Shown here: positions 24,878 through 33,871 of the stretch, piece by piece
Layout: every line of letters begins with the position of its first letter
Position numbering within the stretch: the stretch's first letter is position 1
Sequence record: MZ501267.1
Direction: 5' to 3' (one strand)
DNA from: Erwinia phage AH04
DNA: 40,000 nucleotides
Notes under the pieces: model-generated
Databases searched by the model: none
The model's input: the letters and a program-made list of their open reading frames with translations, nothing else
What the model was told of the DNA's origin: nothing
Position numbers and translations under genes: made by a program

Positions 24878-26974
24878 ATGGATAAGCACAATCAGATTAA
24901 ACCGAATACGGCAGGTGTCGCTATCGGTATGAACACTAACAGAGCAACCAACTCTTCCTCACGCTTGTATATGCTCGGGAAGAACCAAGGTAAAGCGGCT
25001 GTTATCCACGGTACCACAAACCGTAAGTATATTTCTGGTGATGAACAAGAGTATACGAAAGGCGCCCGTAAAGTAGAAACAGAGTCTGATGTAGAAGTTG
25101 AAGAGATTCTGTTTGTTCGAGATATCGTTAATGAAAAGGAACCTACTCAGTGGGGTTCTCACTTCGTTATTGTAAAGGATCTCGAAACCGGACTTTACGA
25201 CGTAATCGAATTGTCTAAGTTTCACGCTCAAAATATGGATCTTGGCTTTGAGTTTAAATACGACAAAGACTTGCTCCGCTCGATTCATAAAGGTGCACGA
25301 TTCCGTAAAGGGACGGTATTTGCAACGTCTGCTCGTATCACCGAAAGTAATGAGTGGGTACCTGGTGCCGAAACCAAAGTAGCTGCAATGTCCCACGTTT
25401 ATACCGAAGAGGATGCCGTTGTTATCTTTGAGCATTATGCAAAGAAGATCGGCGTTACTTTCAAACGCAGTCATGACTTCCAGTGGAATGAGGATGAGTA
25501 TATTCCGTTGAACCTTTATGGGACAATCGATCATCCACAACCTTTCCCACTGTCTGGTGAAACTGTGCGTGCTGACGGTATCGTTATGGGTTTTCGTCGT
25601 AAGGATGCGGATTCAGCGATGGCCGGTCTTACCAAGAAAGCATTGATGGAACCGGATGACATTTATGATATCTTATTCCACAGCAGTGCTAACTGTGTGG
25701 TTGCCGATATTGAAGTTTCCACCGAGCGTTATAAAAACGTCTCGAACAACAAACGTGCTGAGAAACGCAGTCAACCCCATACGGCTATTCTGGAACGTAT
25801 TGAAGAAGCGCAGAATGCTTTTGCTAACTCCGTTGTTAAATGGTTTAAGGAAAAGCAGAAAGTATATAAAGACAAGAAAGTTCCAATCTCTCGTGCACTG
25901 TGGAACTTGATCTGCTTTAACGGTATGGGGGATATCACCCGTGACTTCAGTACACCGAACAGTCAGGGTCGTTATAACAAGGTTAAACGTAAAACCGGTA
26001 ATATCCAATTGAAAGATTGGCGTATCCGTATTCACCTTCGTGAAGATGTAGAAGGGAAAACGCGATTCAAGAACACCGGGATGGACGGTAACAAATCGAT
26101 CATCATGAAGGTTCTGCCTTCACACATGGCGCCGGTTGATGATCACGGTAACGTTGCTGATATGATCGTGGGTAACACCCCGGGTTATCGTCGTCAGATT
26201 TATAACTCATTCATCGAGCTTGATGTTAACTTCGTGAACATTCATTTGTATCCGAAGATTGTCAAAGCGTACAATGAAAAGGATTATGATCTGGCTTGGA
26301 AGATCGCTTATGATTTCTATGAGACGGTTTCTCCAGAACACGGTGCGATCATGGATACGTTTACCGATGAAATGCGAATGAACCATCTGAAGTGGATCAT
26401 GGCAGATGAAAATGAGTTCGCGTCTCTGGGTAATAACACCGATGATATTCAAGGTGTGAAAATCGTTGAACGTATTGTTGACCGTTATCCTGAAATTCAA
26501 CCAACTCCGGTAACCTTCGTTAATGAATGGGGTGAAACCAAACGTACCCGTCACCCAATTGTGATCAGTAGTGTTTACTATATCATGTTGGATAAGTTCG
26601 GTGATGATATCTCTTGTCAGTCTACCCCGAAACTGAATATCTTTGGTCTGCCAACCTCGTTGTCTAAGCACGAAAGAGCACGTAACTTTTATCGTGCTAC
26701 GCTTAACCGAAATGTGGGCGAAACCGAAGGACGTCTGTTCATTAATCAGAAAGGCGGTGGTGCTGCAACTCGAATGCTAGCTTGGGCAAACTCCGCTGAA
26801 CTGCTGGAGATCTCAATTGAACGTTTGATCCGTGCAGAAAACCCGTTCCTGATTCCAGAACTGATCAAACCGGGTGAAGAGAAAAAGAACCACTCTCTTC
26901 AAGTGATCGACAATATGTTCTCTGATTTTGGCTTAGTATTGAGGAAAGAGCGTGAAGACGATAAAACTGCGTGA
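24878..26974 (+). CDS. Non-virion RNA polymerase beta C-terminal fragment (phiKZ gp71-73-like)
   Basis: About 700 aa, immediately upstream of beta' C; YIPLNLYG, FNGMGD, GETEGRLFINQKGG...AELLEIS regions. Start revised from GTG 24866 to ATG 24878. Confidence 0.82.
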   Translation: MDKHNQIKPNTAGVAIGMNTNRATNSSSRLYMLGKNQGKAAVIHGTTNRKYISGDEQEYTKGARKVETESDVEVEEILFVRDIVNEKEPTQWGSHFVIVKDLETGLYDVIELSKFHAQNMDLGFEFKYDKDLLRSIHKGARFRKGTVFATSARITESNEWVPGAETKVAAMSHVYTEEDAVVIFEHYAKKIGVTFKRSHDFQWNEDEYIPLNLYGTIDHPQPFPLSGETVRADGIVMGFRRKDADSAMAGLTKKALMEPDDIYDILFHSSANCVVADIEVSTERYKNVSNNKRAEKRSQPHTAILERIEEAQNAFANSVVKWFKEKQKVYKDKKVPISRALWNLICFNGMGDITRDFSTPNSQGRYNKVKRKTGNIQLKDWRIRIHLREDVEGKTRFKNTGMDGNKSIIMKVLPSHMAPVDDHGNVADMIVGNTPGYRRQIYNSFIELDVNFVNIHLYPKIVKAYNEKDYDLAWKIAYDFYETVSPEHGAIMDTFTDEMRMNHLKWIMADENEFASLGNNTDDIQGVKIVERIVDRYPEIQPTPVTFVNEWGETKRTRHPIVISSVYYIMLDKFGDDISCQSTPKLNIFGLPTSLSKHERARNFYRATLNRNVGETEGRLFINQKGGGAATRMLAWANSAELLEISIERLIRAENPFLIPELIKPGEEKKNHSLQVIDNMFSDFGLVLRKEREDDKTA

Positions 26975-28973
26975 GTTTGCAAATCTATCCTGTTTAGCAA
27001 TGTTGCAGTTTACAGAGCGTCGAATTAAGATCGAAGTTCTGGATGATGTCGGTGATAAACAAATTACCGATACCTGGATGCTGGGACTGAGTTGGTTCAG
27101 TCTGATTGTCCATCGTCATTATAATGATGAACCGTATCACATTAATGAGCTGGCGCTGTTGAAAGAGAAAGACGGACGCCAATCCTTCATCGATGATGAT
27201 ACCCTGAAGAAACCAATCGATAACTTCCTTGAGCGACTGATGCCCAAGTATGACGATCCGGTCTTCTATGATTTCATCAAACAACTTATCTTTACCTGGC
27301 ATAACCAGTGTCATAACTATCTGGCGATCAAAGGCGAAACAGGTGTGGTCTCTGCGCGCGCAGTAGACATTGTACACATCTATCGAAACCCTAAGATCAT
27401 GGATCTGCGAGAGCGTGTACACAGCCGTAAAACCAACATGGCCGATGCACACAAAGAGTTCGAACAGATTATGATGACAGAGAAAGACCTGGATAAGCTG
27501 GTCTTCACTTTGTTGTATCGTACTCGTTCGGTTAACTCAACGCAGTCTTTCCAGTTGATTGTATCGCGTGGAGACGTGTTCGATTTGAACAACGTTATTC
27601 TGCCGAATACCATCATGACCAGTTATGCTGATGGCATTACCAATCTGGCAGATTCTCTGGGTGACTCCAAAGGTGCGGGCTTCTCTCTGATCAGTAACGG
27701 TTCAGCACTTCAGGATTCCGAGTGGTTCCATAAAAAGATCCACAACGTTTCTCAAGTCGTGCAAGGTATTCGTTATCAAACAGACTGTGGGTCTACGGTG
27801 GGTCCGGTATTGAAGATCATCAGTACCGAGTTTAAGAAGTCGTTAGTGGGACGTTGGACGATTAATGATGATGGTACCAATACCTTACTGACTTATGAAG
27901 AAGTGAAGAAGTTGGAGACAGGGAACTCTATCCGGATTCGTGACATCGCTTGGTGTCATCATGCTAAAGCCGGTAAACCTTGTTCCAGATGTTTCGGTAA
28001 GATGGAATCTGCTATTCCGTATAATCCTTTTACACTGAAAGCAGGGGTTCCAGGTCTGTTCTATGGTTCCACGTTTGCTGAACCTATTGGTCAGTCAATC
28101 TTGAAAACCAAACACCGTATCGGGTCAGCAACTTCCGTCGGGTTTAAAGTAGAACGTGCCGATCTTCCGTATATCACTACCGATGAAACCGGTGACTTCA
28201 TTTACTTCCATAAAGATATCCTGAACGACGTCTCTGATCCATATATCATCTTGGATAAAGAAACGCAGCAGGACTTCTCTGACTTCCAATTCATGGACAG
28301 CCTGGATGATCTGGATGCTACTCGTTTTCGTACCTATGAAGCGATCAAACTTAAAGTCAGCATTGTTAACCCAATGTTCGATGATAAGAAAGCAACCTAC
28401 TTCCCTGTACTGACCACCACCATTGCTTCTCGTGATGCCCGAATGACCAAAACGTTCATTCAGTATCTGCTGGGCAAACCGATGGAAGAAGAAGGTCGTA
28501 ACTTTAAGATCTCGTTGAAAGACTATGACTTTAAAGAACCGGCATTTGAACTTCCACAGGTGAACGAAGATTTGGATGCGTATCGTAAACGTGTTGAGAG
28601 TTTCCTGAAGTTCCCTCATGTTAACCGTCGCTGGGATGTGAAAGTGACACCTGAAATTCATGGTGAAACAATGATCGCATTCTGGAAAGTGGTTGATGAG
28701 AAATATAAGGAAGCCAACATTGTTATGCATTCTATTTTCTTGTGGGCATGTATGGCACGCGATCCTGAGAATCTGGACTTTGGTATTCCGGTTGGCGAAG
28801 AACCGCGTAACTTCATCAGTCTTCATGACGCAGTGCTGAACCGTGGTCTGGGTAACACCTTACTGTATGGTTGGCAGGCAAGTGCGCTGTTGGGTCACCC
28901 AAATAACATGCGCATTAAAAACCGTCAAGGCGGTGCACTGGAAGCATTCATGCATCCAATCGCTCGCGATTAA
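26952..28973 (+). CDS. Non-virion RNA polymerase beta' C-terminal fragment (phiKZ gp74-like)
   Basis: GIRYQTDCGSTVG, CSRCFGKMESAI, PIGQSILKTKHRIG; GTG start preceded by GAGGAAAGAG; 23-nt overlap with beta C. Confidence 0.88.
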   Translation: MKTIKLREFANLSCLAMLQFTERRIKIEVLDDVGDKQITDTWMLGLSWFSLIVHRHYNDEPYHINELALLKEKDGRQSFIDDDTLKKPIDNFLERLMPKYDDPVFYDFIKQLIFTWHNQCHNYLAIKGETGVVSARAVDIVHIYRNPKIMDLRERVHSRKTNMADAHKEFEQIMMTEKDLDKLVFTLLYRTRSVNSTQSFQLIVSRGDVFDLNNVILPNTIMTSYADGITNLADSLGDSKGAGFSLISNGSALQDSEWFHKKIHNVSQVVQGIRYQTDCGSTVGPVLKIISTEFKKSLVGRWTINDDGTNTLLTYEEVKKLETGNSIRIRDIAWCHHAKAGKPCSRCFGKMESAIPYNPFTLKAGVPGLFYGSTFAEPIGQSILKTKHRIGSATSVGFKVERADLPYITTDETGDFIYFHKDILNDVSDPYIILDKETQQDFSDFQFMDSLDDLDATRFRTYEAIKLKVSIVNPMFDDKKATYFPVLTTTIASRDARMTKTFIQYLLGKPMEEEGRNFKISLKDYDFKEPAFELPQVNEDLDAYRKRVESFLKFPHVNRRWDVKVTPEIHGETMIAFWKVVDEKYKEANIVMHSIFLWACMARDPENLDFGIPVGEEPRNFISLHDAVLNRGLGNTLLYGWQASALLGHPNNMRIKNRQGGALEAFMHPIARD

Positions 28974-29012
28974 TTAACCGGACAAGGATGTCCACTATTA
29001 GGGTACGTTATC

Positions 29013-29198
29013 GTGGAATACAAATACGATGATTTATTACAGTCGATCCAAGAATCTCAGTGCAACATTAAGGGCAAATGGGTAGCGTGTCGTCCTAAAG
29101 GACCGCTGGGTTGGCCAGGCTTTAAAATCCGGGTACGTTCAGCCTGGCGAGTATTGACTGGCAAAGCCGATGCGTTCACGTGGCCAGGTGGTCAATAA
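29013..29198 (+). CDS. Small protein of the phage 'TGKADAFTWPGGQ' type
   Basis: 61 aa; WVACRPKGPLGWPGFKIRVRSAWRVLTGKADAFTWPGGQ resembles small proteins common in phages. Confidence 0.6.
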   Translation: MEYKYDDLLQSIQESQCNIKGKWVACRPKGPLGWPGFKIRVRSAWRVLTGKADAFTWPGGQ

Positions 29199-29518
29199 TG
29201 CGAATCACTTCAACCCCAGGTGAAATCCTGAAAGAAGAATACATGACGCCTTATAATCTCACTAACAATAAGTTAGCAGAGATGTTGGGTGTTAATGAAG
29301 GGACGTTGTCTCGACTGGTTAATGGTAAGGTTTCATTAAGCTCCGATATGGCTCTGCGTTTGGGTAAGGTGCTGGGTACCACACCGATGTTTTGGATTAA
29401 CCTTCAATCGACTCATGATATCTCTGTTGCTAAAACCAATAAAGATCTTCAGGCGAGTATTGACAAGTTGGTTCCATTCTTTAAACGCTCGGTAACGGAA
29501 ACTAGCGAAGATGCTTAA
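29198..29518 (+). CDS. HigA-like antitoxin/XRE-family HTH protein, orphan (start revised to ATG 29198)
   Basis: TPGEILKEEYM...LTNNKLAEMLGVNEGTLSRLVNGKVSLSSDMALRLGKVLGTTPMFWINLQ; TAATG overlap with the upstream gene. Confidence 0.85.
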   Translation: MRITSTPGEILKEEYMTPYNLTNNKLAEMLGVNEGTLSRLVNGKVSLSSDMALRLGKVLGTTPMFWINLQSTHDISVAKTNKDLQASIDKLVPFFKRSVTETSEDA

Positions 29519-29756
29519 ATCGATTCTTGAAATCCTTCCTGGTCAGCTGATTGAAATTAAATCCAAGGCCGGTGGGATCCAGCAGGCGCCATTTACCAAA
29601 ACAGTTGCCACGGTAACCGAAGACGGATTCACTGTCACGGATACTGACTACGCTGGTTATGTCTTTCCTTTAAGTATGGATAACTACCTCGGTACAATCG
29701 ATGTAGCATCCATGGAAGGCAAAGAAAGTTGGACACTTCAGCAGTTCTCTCAATAA
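29511..29756 (+). CDS. Hypothetical small protein
   Basis: 81-aa ORF, 8-nt overlap with the HTH gene. Confidence 0.6.
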   Translation: MLKSILEILPGQLIEIKSKAGGIQQAPFTKTVATVTEDGFTVTDTDYAGYVFPLSMDNYLGTIDVASMEGKESWTLQQFSQ

Positions 29757-29760
29757 ATCC

Positions 29761-29790
29761 TATCCACTTCCTGTAAAAGGGAAGTGGGTA
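29761..29790 (+). terminator. Hairpin TATCCACTTCC-tgtaaaag-GGAAGTGGGTA
   Basis: 11-bp stem with one T-G wobble, followed by TTTG. Confidence 0.75.
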
Positions 29791-29806
29791 TTTGTTTGGA
29801 GCAGGT

Positions 29807-30106
29807 ATGAAAAGTAACATTGATTTAAAGTTCTTTGATCAGTGTAAAAATTATTTTGTCTATCACCATAAAAATAACCTTCCTTTTACCCGAGGGTTTG
29901 GTGAAGGACGACCTTTGCGTTCACAGAGTGAATATCTTGAATATCGTTATATTGATCTTAATGATGAAACTTTTGACGCGATAAAAGAAAAGGTAAAGAC
30001 TCATCTGGAAAAAGAAGACCCTAACCTCACTTATGGTGTTTTTCGAGTGAGCGTGGAAAAGTTAACTAAAGGGTATGAAATTAATGTAGGGTACTACTAC
30101 ATCTAA
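29807..30106 (+). CDS. Hypothetical protein (start revised from 29792)
   Basis: GGAGCAGG upstream of ATG 29807. Confidence 0.65.
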   Translation: MKSNIDLKFFDQCKNYFVYHHKNNLPFTRGFGEGRPLRSQSEYLEYRYIDLNDETFDAIKEKVKTHLEKEDPNLTYGVFRVSVEKLTKGYEINVGYYYI

Positions 30107-30133
30107 ATCCCACAGTAATTTAATTTCAAACAT

Positions 30134-30149
30134 ATATCATTATCGTGTA
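30134..30149 (+). promoter_or_regulatory. Putative phage promoter ATATCAT-tatcg-TGTA
   Basis: One-mismatch copy; upstream flank aatttcaaaca is shared with the 287-302 copy. Confidence 0.5.
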
Positions 30150-30171
30150 ACTAACCACACAGGTAATAACT

Positions 30172-30534
30172 ATGCCGGAACAAACTGCCAGTCCTGATAT
30201 GATTCTCACCATTAAGAACGGCGAGTCATATGAGATGGGTTGTGAGTTGAAAAAGAAAACCCTACTCAGGCTTTCTGAAATCAATGTGGAAAATGAAGAG
30301 AGTATCTTCTTTCCAGAAGGTAAAAAATTTGTTCACAGTTTCGACCTGAGTAAAGGTGACAATGAACAGATCTTTGCTTTCACTAACCGTAAAGAACGCG
30401 AAGAAGGTTATGACCCTGTTTCTGTTCGCGGTAAGGCTTTCTTAAACGAAGGTATTATCAAGATCGAAGGTGAAGGGTTTGTCTCCATTGTACTTCATGT
30501 CTATGAGTACAGTGACACCAAAGATAAAGAGTAA
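30172..30534 (+). CDS. Tandem paralog 1 of a small protein family
   Basis: FVHSFDLSK...GIIKIEGEGFVSIVLHVY. Confidence 0.75.
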   Translation: MPEQTASPDMILTIKNGESYEMGCELKKKTLLRLSEINVENEESIFFPEGKKFVHSFDLSKGDNEQIFAFTNRKEREEGYDPVSVRGKAFLNEGIIKIEGEGFVSIVLHVYEYSDTKDKE

Positions 30535-30538
30535 TCCC

Positions 30539-30934
30539 ATGGGTATTCCACGCCATAAGCTACTGGGTGAACCAACTGTCTACGCCGTCCCTAAAAAGAA
30601 ACCGTTCACCATTACAGATGAACTGGATGAAAACTGCGTCTTTGTATTAGAAGGAGCGTCGTTGATTCCTTATGACGAGACAGTGCACAAGAACATCTGT
30701 CTTGCCGTATTCCCACAGAAAGAATTTGTACCTTCTTTTGATAAATCAAAAGAAAAGACTACCCTCATTAATATGTGGGCCAGTCGCAATCCTGCTGAAG
30801 ATGCTAAGATCAAGATCACGGCTGAAATTAATATCAAAACGGGTGACGTTAAAGTTAACGGATCCGGGTTTGAATTTGTTATTATTCACATGTACCGTTT
30901 AAATAAGGATAGTAAAGATGTCAGTAAAGATTGA
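30539..30934 (+). CDS. Tandem paralog 2 (start revised from 30470)
   Basis: FVPSFDKSK...GDVKVNGSGFEFVIIHMY. Confidence 0.75.
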   Translation: MGIPRHKLLGEPTVYAVPKKKPFTITDELDENCVFVLEGASLIPYDETVHKNICLAVFPQKEFVPSFDKSKEKTTLINMWASRNPAEDAKIKITAEINIKTGDVKVNGSGFEFVIIHMYRLNKDSKDVSKD

Positions 30935-31334
30935 GAATGTTGAGTTAGTATTGAAAGATGCACCAGAAGTTTCTATTATCAAACTTCCTTCTACGCTGGT
31001 AAATAAAGCGTTTAGTTTTTTCCTGACTGAAATCAAAGGTGGTGATAAAGTTTTGGTTGAGTTTGACAAACCAAAACAAATGGTGCCGTCTTTTGAAAAA
31101 GCCAAATCGGACTCGATTCTGATTTTGCAATACAGTAATGCCGAGAAAGATGTTCCGGCTACCTTCTCCCTGGTACTGGAACTTGATCTCAACAAAGGTG
31201 AAGTTAAGATGACCGGTCACGGTTTCACTTCTGCTTCCTTGTCTGTTGAAAGCGAAGAGATACCAACCCAGCTGGAACCCGAAGCCCACCTGACCGAATC
31301 TGATGCCACACCAGGTGAAGACGCGGGAAAGTAG
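30918..31334 (+). CDS. Tandem paralog 3 with extended acidic tail
   Basis: MVPSFEKAK...GEVKMTGHGFTSASLSV. Confidence 0.75.
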   Translation: MSVKIENVELVLKDAPEVSIIKLPSTLVNKAFSFFLTEIKGGDKVLVEFDKPKQMVPSFEKAKSDSILILQYSNAEKDVPATFSLVLELDLNKGEVKMTGHGFTSASLSVESEEIPTQLEPEAHLTESDATPGEDAGK

Positions 31335-31359
31335 TATCCAGTTCATCTAAATAACTAAA

Positions 31360-31375
31360 GGGAAAAGGATTTCCC
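31360..31375 (+). terminator. Small hairpin GGGAAA-agga-TTTCCC
   Basis: Perfect 6-bp stem downstream of the paralog cluster. Confidence 0.4.
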
Positions 31376-31481
31376 ATAAAAGGAATTAGCATTTAAAAGT
31401 ACTCCGGTCCGAATCAGATAGTCAAGTATCCTTTGGACGCCCAATTCACTGGGTTTCAGTACATAAAGAGGTTTGCGTCAG

Positions 31482-33026
31482 ATGCGAAGAACGCTTGTGA
31501 TTCACAAGGCGAATGCGTATGTTCGTCTGACTGACTTTAAACCTGAACTTGTAAAGCAAGTGCTTATTCCTTTTTGTAAGAAACACTTTTATCGAGTTCA
31601 GAAAACTCCCATACCCGGAGGCGGAGCTAATGCCTTCAAGTGGGAAGTCAGTCATGTATTCGCTCGGTTCAACACTGATAAAACCGAGCTAAGGTTCAAT
31701 GTAGAGAAACTACCTGAACTGATTGAAATGATGCGCGCTAATGGATACGCTGAGAACAGGATCTTGATTACAGATGAACCTGTCATTGTCGGTACAAAAG
31801 CTAACATCAAGTTAAAGAACCCAGATATCAAACCCCGTAATGAATTGCAGGAAGATTACATTGAGTTTATGACCGGACCTACTCCTGTTGTGGTAAACAA
31901 CGCGACCACGGGTTTCGGTAAAAGCTTTATGGCAATCTACACTGCATACTTATTGGGACAGCGTACGTTGATTACCGTATTACCGCGTTATGTTGATATT
32001 TGGTTAAAGACAATCGCCGAGTTCTTGGATGTTCACCCTACTGACATTTTGGTTGTTGACAAACACACTGTCGAGGATGTTCATAAGGCAATGAAAGAAG
32101 GACTCATTAATCCTTCCTTTATTATCTTGCCATTGACGAAGATCGATGTTTATCTGAAACGCATAAAGGAAGACCCCTCACTGCCTTGTCTGGACGATGT
32201 CTATCGAGATCTAGCATGTGGGTACCGTATTATCGATGAGGCACACGAATCGATCTACTCGGTGTATATGTCATTGATGTTTGGCAATCACGCTAAGACA
32301 GCTGCTTTATCGGCAACGCTGCAAGGTGATGATGATTTCATCAATGGTATCTATAATCAGATCTTCCCGGCGAAGTCTTATCTCAGACCACCTGAGTACA
32401 CGAAGTACATTCACGTTATTGCGTACACGCATCGCATGGATGTCATGAAGTATCGAATTAACGCCAAAGGGTTTGGTGGGTATTCTCATGTGAAGTTTGA
32501 ACAAGCGATCATGAAGAATAAATATGTCTTTGAACAATACTACCTTATGTTGGCAGAAGCGTTTAAAGTCTATTACTTTGATACGTATCGTGATGGTCAA
32601 AAAGCCATGTGGTTCTTTGCGACGATTGAGATGTGTGAAATGTTCCTGGAACGATTAAAGCTTGATCATCCTGATCTTGATGCAATTGTGTTCACTGGGG
32701 AACAGAGTAAGAAGAAGGAAACGAAGACCGCCTACCGTGAGCACCAGGTTGTTGTAACGACACCAGGCTCTTGTGGTACCGGTAAAGATATTCCTAAGCT
32801 CTACGTCGTGTTTAGCCCCATTGCTGTGAGTTCCTCACAACGTAATGACCAGATGGTTGGACGCACCCGTCCGATTGATAAGTGGTGGCCTGATTTAGAT
32901 CCTATCTTTGTTTATTTCGTTTGTCCTGATATTCCAAAGCAGGTTGATTACCACCGCAAACGTAAAATAATCTTCGATAAGAAAATGAAGCAGTTTACAT
33001 TGATCGACAGTGGTTCTCGTATTTAA
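31482..33026 (+). CDS. SF2 (UvsW-like) DEAH-box helicase
   Basis: NNATTGFGKSFMAIYTAYLLG (motif I), YRIIDEAHES (motif II), ALSATLQG (motif III), QMVGRTRP (motif VI). Start revised from 31473. Confidence 0.87.
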   Translation: MRRTLVIHKANAYVRLTDFKPELVKQVLIPFCKKHFYRVQKTPIPGGGANAFKWEVSHVFARFNTDKTELRFNVEKLPELIEMMRANGYAENRILITDEPVIVGTKANIKLKNPDIKPRNELQEDYIEFMTGPTPVVVNNATTGFGKSFMAIYTAYLLGQRTLITVLPRYVDIWLKTIAEFLDVHPTDILVVDKHTVEDVHKAMKEGLINPSFIILPLTKIDVYLKRIKEDPSLPCLDDVYRDLACGYRIIDEAHESIYSVYMSLMFGNHAKTAALSATLQGDDDFINGIYNQIFPAKSYLRPPEYTKYIHVIAYTHRMDVMKYRINAKGFGGYSHVKFEQAIMKNKYVFEQYYLMLAEAFKVYYFDTYRDGQKAMWFFATIEMCEMFLERLKLDHPDLDAIVFTGEQSKKKETKTAYREHQVVVTTPGSCGTGKDIPKLYVVFSPIAVSSSQRNDQMVGRTRPIDKWWPDLDPIFVYFVCPDIPKQVDYHRKRKIIFDKKMKQFTLIDSGSRI

Positions 33027-33036
33027 CGACTCGACT

Positions 33037-33056
33037 CTAGGGACCTCGGTCCTTAG
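33037..33056 (+). terminator. Hairpin CTAGGGAC-ctcg-GTCCTTAG
   Basis: 8-bp stem with one G-T wobble. Confidence 0.6.
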
Positions 33057-33078
33057 GGTTCTTGTTTATGGCGGTTGT

Positions 33079-33489
33079 ATGAAAACACTTGAGTTAGTTT
33101 CATTCAATATCGGTGTCCCTGGCATCGAGGATGAAATTGTATTGGAATCATTAGCAGCAGGACTGTCTATATTGATTGAACGGCATAAGGTATTAGGTGC
33201 TTCCTTTACGGATACCTTTATGCAAGAGCATGCCAGATTAACCATAGGTGATCACATCTGTGAACTGATAGGGGAACATGACGATCTCTTGTTCTCTAGG
33301 GTTTATGATGCGGTCATTGATCAACTGGAAATTATCTTGGCGACGTATTGGTTGGAGATGGAGGAATTTACAATGCGGGTCGATAAGATCACCGATATCA
33401 TGACGTTTTGGTATCCGGGTCTCATTCGCTTGTGTGTAAACGAGAACGAAATCAATGCAAATGGAAATAGTGAGTTACACCTATCGTAA
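33079..33489 (+). CDS. Hypothetical protein (start revised from 33010)
   Basis: MKTLELVSFNIG start; the tracked start lies upstream of the hairpin. Confidence 0.65.
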   Translation: MKTLELVSFNIGVPGIEDEIVLESLAAGLSILIERHKVLGASFTDTFMQEHARLTIGDHICELIGEHDDLLFSRVYDAVIDQLEIILATYWLEMEEFTMRVDKITDIMTFWYPGLIRLCVNENEINANGNSELHLS

Positions 33490-33835
33490 CGTTGATATCC
33501 ATACGGCGGCTCACACTCATCGTATGTGTCTTGACGAACTGATTGTTTATATCATGGGTGAGAAACTCATGTTGGGTATAGAAGGTGAGTGCGAGTTGAA
33601 TGGGGTGCTATTAGGGTACCTGTATTCCACGCTAGACATCCTGGATAAACCCAATGTGGAAATCATATATGCTGAGATCAGAAAACGAGTAGAGGAGTTG
33701 TCAGCCAACCTGGTTTATAAATCCCTTATGCTCAGTGGAGAATTCTATCTTAAATATGATTACTACGTCGGTAAACAATTTACAAAGATTCAACTTTATG
33801 TAGACCCGAGCGAAAAATCATGGGCGCTCTGGTAA
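33455..33835 (+). CDS. Hypothetical protein
   Basis: 126-aa ORF (alternative start ATG 33461). Confidence 0.65.
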   Translation: MQMEIVSYTYRNVDIHTAAHTHRMCLDELIVYIMGEKLMLGIEGECELNGVLLGYLYSTLDILDKPNVEIIYAEIRKRVEELSANLVYKSLMLSGEFYLKYDYYVGKQFTKIQLYVDPSEKSWALW

Positions 33836-33871
33836 TCACACCAAACAAAATTTAATATCTCGGAGATCGTT

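Noticed and set aside
26952-26974. Overlap of RNAP beta C and beta' C as a frameshift fusion
   Set aside because: GTG 26952 has a good SD (GAGGAAAGAG), which explains the overlap as ordinary translational coupling.
28125-28826. 233-aa antisense ORF in the RNAP beta' C gene
   Set aside because: Embedded opposite a gene with catalytic/zinc motifs; shadow ORF.
29013-29198. Upstream small ORF as a HigB toxin
   Set aside because: Lacks the HigB/RelE-like features; the sequence instead resembles the small phage TGKADA-WPGGQ type.
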